A DNA stretch of 47,288 nucleotides from Paraglomus brasilianum (taxonomy: Eukaryota), in the NCBI GenBank assembly GCA_910592345.1, contig CAJVPI010000165.1, forward strand, positions 1 to 47,288, given 5' to 3'. This document shows, in pieces, positions 13,647 through 25,899 of this stretch. A program made the position numbers and the translations under genes. Each line of letters starts with the position of its first letter. The stretch's first letter is position 1. The notes under the pieces were generated by a model. It was not told where the DNA came from. It saw nothing but the letters and a program-made list of their open reading frames with translations, and did not search any database.

Positions 13647-16600
13647 TGTGGAAGTTGTCGTTTTTTATAAATATACACGGAATTGGGGAAATAATAATAA
13701 TAATGGGGGAGGGAATTTAAAAATAAGAGGAGGTATTTTGCTATTTACACGGTATAAATATATAAGAACAATGATAATTTCTTTTCTTCCAAGATGATTG
13801 TTTGGCTCAGAAGTATCAGGCGCTGCCCGTTTTTTGGGTGATTTTTTGAATTTATAATAGTCTATAGAACATGAATTTTTCCTACTGATAAAGCGAGAGG
13901 GGAAGAGTAAAGTAAAAGTCGTTGAGCACTCGTTTTCTTCAGAAGAAGAGTTGACCAATGATATTAATTCGGGGGATGGATGTTAATGTAATAAGTGTTG
14001 GGGGATGTTTTTTTGTTTTCTATTGAATTGAAGGAAAAAAAACTGGGCTTTGAATCTTTTTCCTTGAGAGAAGACGTGGGGGGAGACACTAGGAAAGTAG
14101 CGATAAAGAAGTGTAGACTTCTCTACTTTTTGACAGGAGGGCAAATAGCGAATTTATATAGATTGTGTACGTAAATCTGTGTGGTCTCTACGCCTGACGA
14201 TTATGCATGCGCAGGGTGGTCATTTATAGCAGTTGATAGTAAAAGTCATATGAATGCGACTTTCTGTATAGATAAGTAAATATAGCAAAGTTAAGCAGGG
14301 GATTTGATAATCGATAAAATACTTGTTTATATACAATTTGGTCTTGGTGTAATTATTAAATATTTACTATACGAATACGAATAACAAGATGTTAGAGATG
14401 TAGGCAAGTAGGTATATTGGAATGGTCTTTTTTACGAGACAAGGGAAATAGACTGTTGGGCACGGAGGATGTTGGGGAGGGGGATTTAAAAGTATTAAGG
14501 TTCTGTTTGTATAACAGTAGTAAAAAAAAAAGAGAGAGTAGATTATTACGAAATTTGTGGTATGTGATTAAAGGTAATATAGAATTAGAATGGCCTGGAA
14601 CAAATGTGATAATGCAAAGGTATAAATTAATATAAGGATTTATAATTCCAACTGGCTCAATGAACAAACAATACTCGATACAACAATACAATAATGTCAT
14701 AGTTATTATAATAAGCGAATTTATGTGTCATAACAACGCTCGTTTCTATAAAAGTGTATCATATAATGATGAGAAATATGAACAGCCCAGTTAAGGCTTC
14801 TTATTCGGCATTCCGTTTATTGGATCAGTTATTCCCTGTGACGATCGTTAATTTATCCTATTTTATACAATAACAATTGTCAGTATGTTAACATATATTC
14901 CACTTGTGTCCTTATTTGGTGATAACATCTAATAAGGCTGAGCTTTGGTGGTAGATGTGGGGAAGGCAGAGTAAACAGAGACGCACACAAGACACACAAG
15001 ACACACAAGACACACACACGCAACAAATGCTCATTGTACATATTATTCTATCACTATACTATTATACCGTATTTAACACCGTATCCCGACACAAACAATT
15101 GCCATAACAAAAGATGACATAATAAAGCATAATTATTATTATTAGCACATAGTCTGAGTACCAGTGTCCGTGTCTGTAATTAATTATGTGTGTGGGAAGG
15201 TAAAAAAAAGAAAAGAGAGCTTGTCCCCGTTCAACATGGTATGGCGCTGTATGTGTAATTTGCAAATCTTCTTGCGGGGTCAGAAACAGGTTTTGCATGT
15301 AGGGTTAGACGTCGTGCGACTCTCAACTATACAATCTATCTACATCTAGGCCACCCGACATATTACCCTCTTTTTAAGGGAAAGTAGCACCAACATCCGT
15401 GGTCCATCTCAAATACGCATTGGTCGAAACGTCAAATCATTATGTAATGTGTATGTGGACCCGGATGTTCAGGTCAGTATCATGTGAGATTTCTTCCACC
15501 AATCACCTTTGCCATAATTATCGGATGAGGGTAGCCGAGTTGTATAGTTGTTGAGGGGCAAGGTTCTAGGTTAGAGATCTTAGCCCAGGGATTTGCACGA
15601 TCCCAAAACGGGTCAATTTCCAGAACATATTAGGCACAATGAACAGGCAGTGCAACCAAGAGAATAATAGCACATTATTATGAAAGGAAAATAAAGGGCC
15701 GCGTAATAAGGTGGCGCATAATTGCGTGATCTTTGAAACTCGCATGATGTTATCCTAGTCCACACACATAGCCTGATTCTCTGCTACTGACAATTGCTTT
15801 CTACGGATGTGAAAAAGTCCGACGTATTGTGCTGTGAATGTCAATCCTCCTCTCCTACAGATGGCACAGCATGTAGGTGCAGCATGTGGAGTCGAATATC
15901 CAATGGTCGAAAAAAAAAAAAAAGTGCAGAGATGAACAATGCAAAAGCATGCAAGACACAAGGACTTTTTATTATTTTGATTGTCCAGATAATAAACAAT
16001 TCATTGTTAACAAAGATTGGGAAGATTACTGGTTTTGATTGGCACATGCTAAGGGAGAGAATGTGCGCGATATCAATGACAAGGTTGTTATACAACACGG
16101 TCTCCCAAAAAAAAAAGGAATCCCTTATTATCCCAAGTAAAGAGACAAAGCATTCAATGGGGAAAAAAAATACAATAACCAGATGGTTATTTAGATGAGT
16201 AGATAAGCAAATAAATATAAGGCGCATTTATTTGTATTTATAAATAAACAAACAATACACACTGATATGAAACATAGAAGGCTGTCCATTGTTGTTTCAT
16301 ATTACCCGTTCTATCATTATAAACAATCGCTTTTGCGTCTTAAAACACAAATATGACTCGGTCCACATTACATCTGCATTGTCTTTGCAAGCATATCTGC
16401 AATTTCTACCCTATCTCTTTTGCTTATGCACAATGTCCCTAGCGCCTACTGCTTTAGTCGAGCTCAATCACAACCCAAATGACCCCAAGGACGTTTGAGC
16501 GTTGTCCCCCCCCCCCCGCATCACTGCAATCCATGTTGTTTCCGTTTGCCGGCCCAATATCCGCCACGGAACCCAGCCCTCTCTTCAAGAACCGGCGTAG

Positions 16601-18359
16601 ATTGAGATATACAAGTGACATGAGAGTCAACACGAGAATTAAAAGAATCGACACTTCATCGTTGCAAAAGAGCGGTGGTTGACAAATGATGATGGTCTAT
16701 TACTACCCTCGGTTTGACCAATAATTGTAATAACGGTCACGAGCAGACAAGCGAATTGTTTTCAATATCAACGGCCTATTTCTTTCCGCTGGGCTTGTCC
16801 GGAAAAAAAAAAAAAAAAGTTCGGGTCAGACTCATTTCCTTTTCCTTTCAAACAAACTATTCGTCATCGGCTTTCTAATTCGTTGTTGCAAGACTTTGTG
16901 TCACGTTTCAATAACAATCGTATTACACAAAAATTTACGCCGCCATAGTCCCGTCGAAAAAGAACTTGTTATCGGGAAATTGATTTTACTTTGTTTGGGG
17001 GGGTGAGTCGGATTGTGAGAAATGAAATTCTTTGGGGGGACATTCGCGATGCGAGTTCTTCGGGGGTGGCTGTGCTTCGAGTGTGGGTAGAATTAGACAA
17101 GGCTTCAATAGTAATAGAATAAATAGTTGGTGGTGCGATGCAAAAATAGTGCTAACCTTGATTATGGGCTGAGTTCATTAAAAAAAGACTCTTCTTTCTT
17201 CCCACAAGCTAGTTACATAAGATGTGCTCATTTTTGATAAATTACTATAACCATATATGGTTATATATCTTGAACCTTTGCTATTCATCATTTATATATA
17301 TTATCAACATCGTTATCATTATACAGTATGCAACATCCTTTGATTTTCAGGAAAACGGGTTGTATGCAAAGCATGCGGGACTTCTCGTCAGTAAAAAATG
17401 TACTTTTAGATGCCATCACACGTGAACATATATCATATTGGTAAGGGATTATGCGAGACGTATATTTAAGAATAGGACAGTTGACAATGCAAAAGGCATT
17501 TCTGTTGTAAATGGGCGTTCTGCCATTTTTGCTTTTGGTTGGTTGAAGGCTTGCATATCTCTTGGATTTACTGCTTGCTACATTACATTCATTGGTTTTT
17601 TTACGCCCAATTGGTGCGGTCTAGACAGATCGCCCTTAACAGTAATCGAGTATGACTAGAATATTGCAAGTCGGTATACAGATACGGCATATCGCGAAAA
17701 ACCCTTACTTGGAAGCATGGGACTACTATGCACATTGACGACATTTCTATAAAGCAAGTTCAAGTTGGAAATGAAAATGAAAATGAAAATCAGCCCAAAC
17801 AACGACGCGGTCACAGCAGCTTGAAAGCATGAACCCGGGTCAAGAACCCGTTCTAAAGACTTGAAAACTTTGCACAAGAGAATATAAGCCAATAGTTTTT
17901 TTTTGACACCAACATGAATGAAATGACTTTGAAATGCTATACCGGTTTATCATAACTGATAATCCTTGCGATTTTTAGGTTACAATGTTCTTATCGTAAA
18001 ACTCGCTCAGGAGCTCGTTCACCATTGCTGAGATTCGAATAAAGAGAAAATAATAATATAGTAATTATGATGAATTTTTCTACAGAATTATTATTAAAGA
18101 ATAAAATCTTACATTATGCTAAGAAAAAAAATTATTATTTTTTTTGGATAATTTATTCTTTTTACAAAACTTTCGGCGTAAAAGGATTCGATACATCCTC
18201 AAAGGTATATAAAACAAAAGCTAACGAGAATATGTTTTAAAATGTCTTTTCAGACGAACTCTAATTCAATGTCAGATATCTTTACAGTGAGAGTGATGCG
18301 AATAGTGGAAATGATAATGCCCGTAAATGGTGACCCCTTCCCACAGATCTCATTCTCTA

Positions 18360-21345
18360 TTATAAATGCTTCAATACGTGTTCTAAACATGCATATAATG
18401 GAAAACAAGCAAGAAAAGAAAAGAAAAGAAAAGAAAAGAAAAGAAAAGAAAAGAAAAGAAAAGAAAAGAAAAGAAAAGAAAAGAAAAGAATGTTAGTTTC
18501 AAGTCGGGAAATCTTTACAGCTTAGCTATATTTTGGTATCCCAAACAGTCCCGATCCGTACTCACCGTATGTCATTGGTAAATGATCAGTAATCATGTGC
18601 GGCGAAAACCACATCTCCTCAAACATCCTTTCCACGTCTTCGATTTCCAACATATTATACTTCCTATCACTATCATCTTTTCTATACCCATCCTCCTCCT
18701 CATCGTCATCGTTTAAACAGAATGGCATTCTATCCTTTCCTATAATCCAATACAACTTTCCGGCTGGATATAATTTGGGACATGACATTATTGAATGCAC
18801 TTTTGATCTAGTATTCCAAAAGTATTCTTCAAGTTCCTTCTTAGCAGCCTCTTTCTCCTGATCATCGTCACCAGAGAACTGTTTCGATTTGTATTCAATC
18901 ACTTTGGATAAAATAGTCGACATTAGGTCTTTGTTGGTCTCCGGGTCGATCTTGGACCCCATATAGCAAACCATGTCACGCAAGTCTTGCACGTGACCTA
19001 AAGATAGATGCGGGATAAAATCGTTGGCGTAAGCAACGGATGTGGTTAGGCTTCTGGACCGTTTGGACAAGTCGGCGGACATTACGCACGGTGTGGCAAA
19101 GGCGTAACAATGAACGCGTCGTCCAAGAGGAAGTTTTGACCAGCGTGTTGTCATTCTCGTCGTCGGGCTTGCCCACAGGAGAGCTAGAACACTTGCAACA
19201 CCTAAGAGACGTGGAAATGGGAAATCGTTAACGTCAAATTGAAAGATAAAAAAGATTGATTGAATAATTGTAAGATCTTCTTCTTCTTCTTCTCGCATAC
19301 TGATCCAATAATTGTTGAGCATATTATTAATTATCCCAAACCCAAGCCCCCCCCCCAGTCTAATATATTTCACCCAACTGTACACACCTGCCCCGAGCGA
19401 ATGTCCAGTAAGAACCAATCCATAGTCTTCGTTATCTTCCATCTCCTTATTTAAAACGTCAAACACATTACCCTCCGCTCCTGGAGTAGACAAGTCCTTG
19501 GCTACTTGCCAAATTCCCTTGTGCACCTTATATTTTGTTTCGTCTCCCTTCTGTATATCCTCTGGTAACTGGAAGTCCATGTACTCGCAAGATAAATCAA
19601 CAATCAAATCGTGTATGGACATTGTCCCTCTCAATGCAAGAATAATACTTTTTGTATCGTGATCTTTGAATAAAATATAAGTGGGCTTATAATGACTGTT
19701 ATTTGTCGATTGTACTTGATGGGAAGTATGAACGATCGAATGAAGTGGAAGGTTATTAACGCGAGCAAACGTATATCGCTGTAAACGACCGTTTTCTCGC
19801 CATATAGCCGCTTTATAGGGAAGTTTGTTGATTATAGCAGTTTTAAAGTCGTATGCTGTTGAGGAGTATTTTGAATACCGTTTTAGATTATGAAGTAGAG
19901 TAAATAATTTTTCTTCTTCCGGCTGATTAACATACTCTTCGAGATAAGGATTGGAGAATCTTTTAGTTGTTTCGGCAAAGAGAGAATTTAAACGAGGCGA
20001 GTATACATCAACCGGCGCCGACCATCTCGGTACGCCCTGCTTTTCATCTCTTGTCAATTCACCAACGACCAAATTATCCGTCTTTGATTGTACTAGAACC
20101 ATTTCTTCATCTTCCTCATCTTCTAACCATTCGAGGCCGTCATATAAGGAATCGCTATGATTTATCTCTTCCCACTCCTCCAAGACATCTCTCAAATCGA
20201 CCAGTTTAACTTTTTTCCACCCGGTCATCTCCGATTCCCAACGTTGGCTCGTGAGGCTCTGTAAAGAAGCCCAGGCAGCTAAAGCCTTTATTATTTGGAA
20301 TACACCCAATGTCCCAATGGCTTCACAGTCATGGAATCCTTCTTCGCGGACGACCCATTCTCGTTTGACTAGAGCAACAAATTCGGCAAGGGCTTTCGCA
20401 GCGTCGGTAGTTCCAAAAAGAGTATCTATTAAGGACGTGCTATCAGATACCGTCGACAATGTGTATTGCACCGTTTCGGATGTTAGCTCTAGTCCGGCTA
20501 GTGCAATTTGTTCAGTTATGGAAATGGTCCGGTGCAATAAATCTGTCGAGGCATCGATAAGTCTTGGAAGAAAGAGCCGTCTACGTTAGAATTGATCGTT
20601 AGCGAAGAAGGTATTTTGGTTTGTTTTTGTTTTTGTTTTTGTTTTTGTTTTTATTTTTGTTTTTGTTTTTGTTTTTTTTTCCCTTCCTTCTTTTTCATAT
20701 TTATTTTATTTTATTTTTGAATGCAAGAGTTTTCAGGCTTGATTATTCTTGTTTGCCAAAGAACGTGTCGCGTAGAAATGTAGAGATGGATGATCAGTTG
20801 TTAATTTTTTCTAAAAATTTTACTCACCCTATGCCATCCTGAGTTGCTTGTATCATAGCATTGGATACTACGCCAGTGACTGCTTTAGCAATGCCGAGAG
20901 AAGTTTTCGTTGACAGCTTCATTGTATCGAGGGTGAATTTTGTTAATATTCCAGCCAGGTCCAATCCGGCTCTTGATGCATTTGTGATGCTGGATATTTT
21001 CACAGCCAGTTCAGAGTGAGGTTGATGGATCAAAGTGGTTACAGTGTTTGGGGGAGCTTCGTCGCCTTCTTTTCCGTGTTCAAAGGTCTCTCCTATTTTC
21101 TCTCCTATTAATTTTCCGTTTCGTCTATCGTGTGAAATTCTCTGTCGCGGATAGTAATATCTATCTGAAGAATGTCGTTCCCAGTCTATATCATTTACTG
21201 CAATCGAAGGGAGACAGATACCGGTAGAGGCTGAAAGAGAAAAGGTAGCACTTGTAGGAGCAGAGTCGTAAGTTTGTTCAGTTTGCATTAGGTCTTTGTC
21301 GGATTCCTCAGAGTCTTTCATCGGATAGTCTTCGTTGATAGCCAT
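18360..21345 (-). CDS. Class 3 lipase (DAG-lipase-like alpha/beta hydrolase); exons 21345-20828, 20580-19388, 19201-18566, 18382-18360
   Basis: Motifs IILALRGTMSIHD, VHKG, nucleophile elbow GHSLGAG|VA, YAFATP, NDFIPHLS and DHLP. All three GT-AG introns join in frame. The protein ends HLPMTYEHVLKHL*. Confidence 0.9.
18411..18490. repeat. (AAAAG)16 microsatellite in the last lipase intron
   Basis: Perfect pentamer array; reads as a polypyrimidine tract on the coding strand. Confidence 0.95.
20619..20680. repeat. (GTTTTT)n hexamer microsatellite in lipase intron 1
   Basis: Visible tandem array. Confidence 0.9.
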
Positions 21346-21909
21346 AGTTTTAGAGATTAATAAATATTTGGGGAAGCAGCAGCTTTATGAAGAACCTCGA
21401 CTAAAAAAAACGGCGGGAGTAAGTACACGAAACATTGACGAAACACTGAAGTAATACCCGTATATACAATGATCAAACTGTCAGATGATCAGGAAAAGGT
21501 GGGGTAATGATAGCCAGTTGGATGCAAGATGACAAAAAAAAAACCAATTATGGGGGGATTTTGTGAGAAATGCTACATAAACATTCAGGCGTTGTGTAAT
21601 TTAGGAGCATGGGCTGTTATAAATTAAATTGCAATAATCATAAGAATAAATAAAATAGACTAAACAGATACAAATAAAAGATTTTAGCAGCATATTCCGG
21701 TTTAGTATTGATTCCATATGTACGCTCCTTCATTTCTATTTACGGACAATATATACGAAATCTCATGATAAGATGTTGAAAATTCAAAAAATTGTCTACT
21801 TGTCCCAGGTGTGTATCACACAAGGTCGTCAGGGAGTGTTACCGTGTCTGACACTGCCATCTACATTCACGCTACTCTGACTCCTTATGACACTCGTGTC
21901 TCTTTCTTC

Positions 21910-21980
21910 ATCACATCACACACATCACACACACACACACATCACACACACACACACACATCACACACACATACACACAC
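21910..21980. repeat. Imperfect (CA)n microsatellite
   Basis: Visible CA/CACAT array. Confidence 0.9.
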
Positions 21981-23676
21981 TATTCCCATCTAATCATCTA
22001 ATCGCGCACCCTTATGCGAGGAGGGTATTAATAATTCCCAATCGAGTAAAGATAATCTGGTTTATACAATACTGTATATCTACGTATAATCACTGAAAAC
22101 GCTCTTTTTGTGGCGGCTTATCCGTCTGCGCAATCGTCCACGAACTGCTGCAGCACACGTGGGATTATGATATTATTAATCAACAGGATGCGTTCCGAAT
22201 AGGCGGTACAGCATTTATTGTTAAATGGCTTGGGAATGTTTTCTATCAATCAAAAAGACGAATGTTAAAAAGTATTAGCAATTATGAACACACAATGAAT
22301 CGAGCAAAGCGAGCAACGACATACTTTGTGACGTGAGAAAGACTCTCAGCCCAAATGATGCTAACCCAAATAACGCACCGTGATCTGAACAACAATCCAT
22401 CCAACTATGCAGTGGCCCCTCTCCGCCCATTGTAGGGTACTTCACATACAATGTTCATTGTCTGTTTGGGAGAGAATGCTCGACAAGCACGAGGATTCTT
22501 TCGAGAGAGAGACAAGCATGACATAACAATTGTTGATGTTCACTTTGGCAAGTCACGCCACAATTACATTTCCGGATATATTCAACAGATGAGAGAGTAT
22601 CGATGCTGTTACACATTAAGGAGAAGGGATACCGCGATATAACTTTTAAGAGAACGTTCATTTAATATTAGAATAAGGACGCCCATTAAAGAAAGACATG
22701 ATAAGATGCAGATAAAATCGAGATAATGATGGGAAGGATGATTGGATGACGATGCAAATGTTATATTAAGCATGTTAATTATTTTTACAAAAGCAACTTC
22801 AAAATCAAATCCTTCTTTGGACACATCAAAGATATTTACAGAAAACCCGGATGACAAGGGCGTAAACAAGGAGAGGGTGTTCAATCTTGAATAAAAAAAG
22901 CTTCAGCTTCACCATGGGAATAGATAGATGGATTCTTTTTCTTTCATTCTATTTTCTTCTTTTTTTCTTCTTCTTCTTAAATAAACTGTGCAGGTTATTA
23001 CCATCATTGGTAAACCCCCCTAGTTTATTCTTACTGTCTTCGTTTTGGTTTTTTCTTTTGTTAATCACATTGATTACCCTTTCACGTGTTCGATTCTCAT
23101 TGACTTGAAACTTTGGCTAGGCCATGACGGCGATGGTAGGACCGTCTCTTGACAGCTTGCTTGCCGCAGCCATTCCTCGAAGACGGCGCAGTTTTCAATT
23201 GGTCGTCGAGAGTCCTTTGCTAAACGATTTATCAAAGCCGGATACTAATTAATACGCCGTAACTAAAATTACTAGCCGTCTTTTGGTAAACTAATGGCAA
23301 GACGCTAATAATATACCTCTTTTGGGTTCCCTTTTTCCCAAGCTAACCAACGACAATTCTTGAGAAAAGATTTTTCAATAGCTATATAACTCCCACGTTT
23401 ACCGTTTATTGTCACTTTTTTACTACAACTTGGTTACTACACCCAAGAGGGAAGTGACAGTCTGACAGATCCCCAGAAGGTTGAAGGCATGGAATAGATA
23501 CTTTACTAGGCCAAAATGGGTCGATTACTTCCAATATAATGCTAATTATGAAGCTAGATTTAAGCGATAATAAACTGCATGGTTTAATATTAAATATCAA
23601 TATTAATATCGATCGTTTTAATAAACCAGAGCATTGTCATAGTGCAGCGGACAATAGCTTCATTCAATGCAAGCAC

Positions 23677-23780
23677 AGGCTCCATATGAGATTGCATGTT
23701 TCATGCGCGTAGGCTCCATTGACATTTCATGTTTTATGCGCGTAGGCTCCATACAAGATTGCATGTTTCACGCGCGTTTT
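23677..23780 (+). repeat. Three ~33-34-bp direct repeats (AGGCTCCATATGAGATTGCATGTTTCATGCGCGT-like) in the element left end
   Basis: Units start at 23677, 23711 and 23744. Confidence 0.9.
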
Positions 23781-23997
23781 CGGTTCTGCCATTCAAATAC
23801 CGACAACCATAAACATATTATCCTTAAATTCTTTAACCGTTGCAATATTTTTCTTATTTGAAAATCAACTCTCAATGCTAACACCATCACCGCCACCGCC
23901 ACCATCAAAAAAGTTTCCACTCCCCAACCCACGAACAACTCGTTAGCTCCCCAACCTACGAACAACTCGTCAGCTTCCCAACCTGCAAACTTAAGAC

Positions 23998-24200
23998 TCC
24001 ATGGTCTCAGAAATTGTGGTTATCCATTGTGACCACTCTGCCGCAACCTCTTCTACTCCCCCCATACTACAAAACTCATGGTTTTCGTCAACGAAACGAC
24101 CTCCGACGAGCACGAACTTTCCCAAGATATCCTTGCAATCAAGCAAGGAAGAAGAGTCGCCCGAGAGAACCCCAAACAAGGAAAAAAGCGCAAGATCAGG
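23998..24200 (+). pseudogene. IS607-family serine recombinase (TnpA) C-terminal relic
   Basis: With one frameshift it reads SMVSEIVVIHCD/LCRN...HTTKLMVFVNETTSDEHELSQDILAIKQGRRVAREN. This fits the IS607 resolvase pattern V.EIVV.H.DRLCR...KLVV...S.E.EL..D.LAI...GRR. The catalytic-Ser motif (Y.RVS) is not seen. Confidence 0.7.
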
Positions 24201-24239
24201 ACAACAGCAGCACGCAACAGACGACAGCACTTGGAAGCT

Positions 24240-25105
24240 CTCCATCGTACGCTGCCAATCAAAGTACAGTGAACTTTCCCTAAGTGCACGTTGTCAGGAC
24301 CATAGTGAAAAAATCCAAAAGTGTGCATTTAGAGAGAGTGTGCATTTACAGAGAGCAAAATATATAATGTTCTTATAAGCTGGGACTGAACCATACCATG
24401 CATTTATGGAGAGTTTATATAGTGTGTGCATTTAGGGATGGGTGCACTTAGGGAGAGTTCACTTATATCCAAATCACCTTCAAAAGCAGCTATTGAAAAC
24501 GGTGGATGGGCTTGTCGAGATATGCTTATAATGCAGTTGTCCGCTGGAGTCGATACCGCCGTTTCTATATCAAAGATTTGCATATTGGTCCATCACGGCG
24601 GGTTTGGATAAAATCTCAACCTATAGCTTAAGTTTTACACGGATGTTCGTGTAGGAAAAGACGTTAATGAGCGTGAGGACAAGAGACTTCAAAAATCATG
24701 CGTATGGGGTGAACGCAGATTCGTGCGAACCGTTTGGAATGCTGCTTCAAGGTACACATGGCAAAGCGCCTGCAAACATTATCGATGAGGCGATTAATGA
24801 AGCATTAACTGCTAAGTATAATTGTTATTTTTTGTTCTGATTTATTTATTGATTGATTGATTTTATTTAGCAAAGTTCGTCTTTGTCATTTCGATCCCGA
24901 AAAAGATTTGCGACAGAATTTTTCTATATCACCCATCTCAATGGTTTCCGCATTCCATCATAAGCCTGTTATCACTCTGGGACGAACGCGATTTTTTGTG
25001 GCCGCTTCGTTTCGAAAAAAAAGGCACAATAATAAGTGGCCTGTTCCTCACAGAATAACTAATTTTCATGGGTTTACGAGACGCAAAAACAACACCGCGA
25101 AAGCC
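24240..25105 (+). pseudogene. Fanzor2/TnpB-like nuclease, N-terminal relic interrupted by a MITE
   Basis: After removing the MITE and allowing +1 shifts in homopolymers: LHRTLPIKV|YPNHLQKQLLK/RWMGLSRYAYNAVV (OrfB HTH-like; 24500-24532), KAPANIIDEAINEALTA (24763-24813), LSFRSRK/DLRQNFSI (24883-24928), WPVPHRIT (25037-25060). Confidence 0.8.
24267..24463. mobile_element. pogo/Tigger-like MITE (~197 bp) with TA TSD
   Basis: TIRs CAGTGAACTTTCCCTAAGTGCAC ... GTGCACTTAGGGAGAGTTCACT (terminal G missing). TA at 24265-24266 and 24464-24465. Internal GTGTGCATTTA repeats. Excision restores the frame KV-YPN. Confidence 0.88.
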
Positions 25106-25109
25106 ACGA

Positions 25110-25813
25110 AACTTCATGGTTAACGATGATGCAGATACAGTTAATCGTATTGAAATATTAGAGGAAGAAGAAGAACCTTTTGAAGAACGAATCGTAACAA
25201 GCTCTGAAGCGTTGTTGGGCTGTGATAACATGCTTGCATACATCGCACAAAAGAATTTGAATGTTGATAATTCTGTTATAATCACCCTTTCTAATTTAAG
25301 AAAAAAAATCTCTCAAACAAGTGTAGAATTAGCACGAACTACTCTTGAGGAATTAGAATACGTGACATTCGAAGTGTAGTACTACACAGTCGATAAGTCG
25401 GAAGTCGGTGGCGGATCTTCTTTTCATTCTCGTACGATGATTAATTGTCCAATACAATACTTACACATTGGCTACACTGGCAATGTTTTAAGACACTACG
25501 ATCATGCCATTAGAATCGTACAACCAAAGAGCTAAATATCATACGATTAAAGTCATACGATTAAGCAGTAAACATATCATTAGAATCATACGATAGACAT
25601 GCATTAGGATAATACGAATGAAAGATTTACAACGTCAGATAAGAAGAAAACAAGTCGATTCTCTAAGACAAGCTAGTCTGCAAGATTATTTTGTGATGTT
25701 AGTGTATTAAATTAAATGCATATCTTCGATCACGTGGTTTTCGATAAATCGGCCTTCTCGATAACTCGGCCATTTGAGGCGGGATACTGTTGGCCGACTT
25801 ATCGAGACTGACT
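25110..25813 (+). mobile_element. 3' relic of a pogo/Tigger transposon (transposase C-terminus plus right TIR)
   Basis: An acidic stretch then VTSSEALLGCDNMLAYI...LSNLRKKI...RTTLEE, resembling Tigger/CENP-B C-termini. Subterminal TCGATAA(A/C)TCGGCC repeats; the end reads GGCCGACTTATCGAGACTGACTG. Confidence 0.65.
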
Positions 25814-25899
25814 GTGTAGTTGGTTTACTTTTCATTATCATTGTATCGAAATTGGTGAGTAATATGATGGCACGTGATCGAACTGTTTACAAGAAAAAT

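Larger units (their letters stand above)
23651..25105 (+). mobile_element. Decayed IS607-like element carrying TnpA (serine recombinase) and Fanzor2/TnpB relics; copy 1, 3'-truncated
   Basis: The left end is shared with copy 2 (26 bp identical) and carries ~33-bp direct repeats. TnpA-like and Fanzor-like peptides follow in the IS607 gene order. Confidence 0.8.

Noticed and set aside
18242..18496. Lys/Arg-rich ORF (KKRKE repeats)
   Set aside because: It is a translation of the intronic (AAAAG)n microsatellite, antisense to the lipase.
20621..20842. Hydrophobic FLFLFL ORF resembling a membrane peptide
   Set aside because: It is a translation of an intronic hexamer microsatellite.
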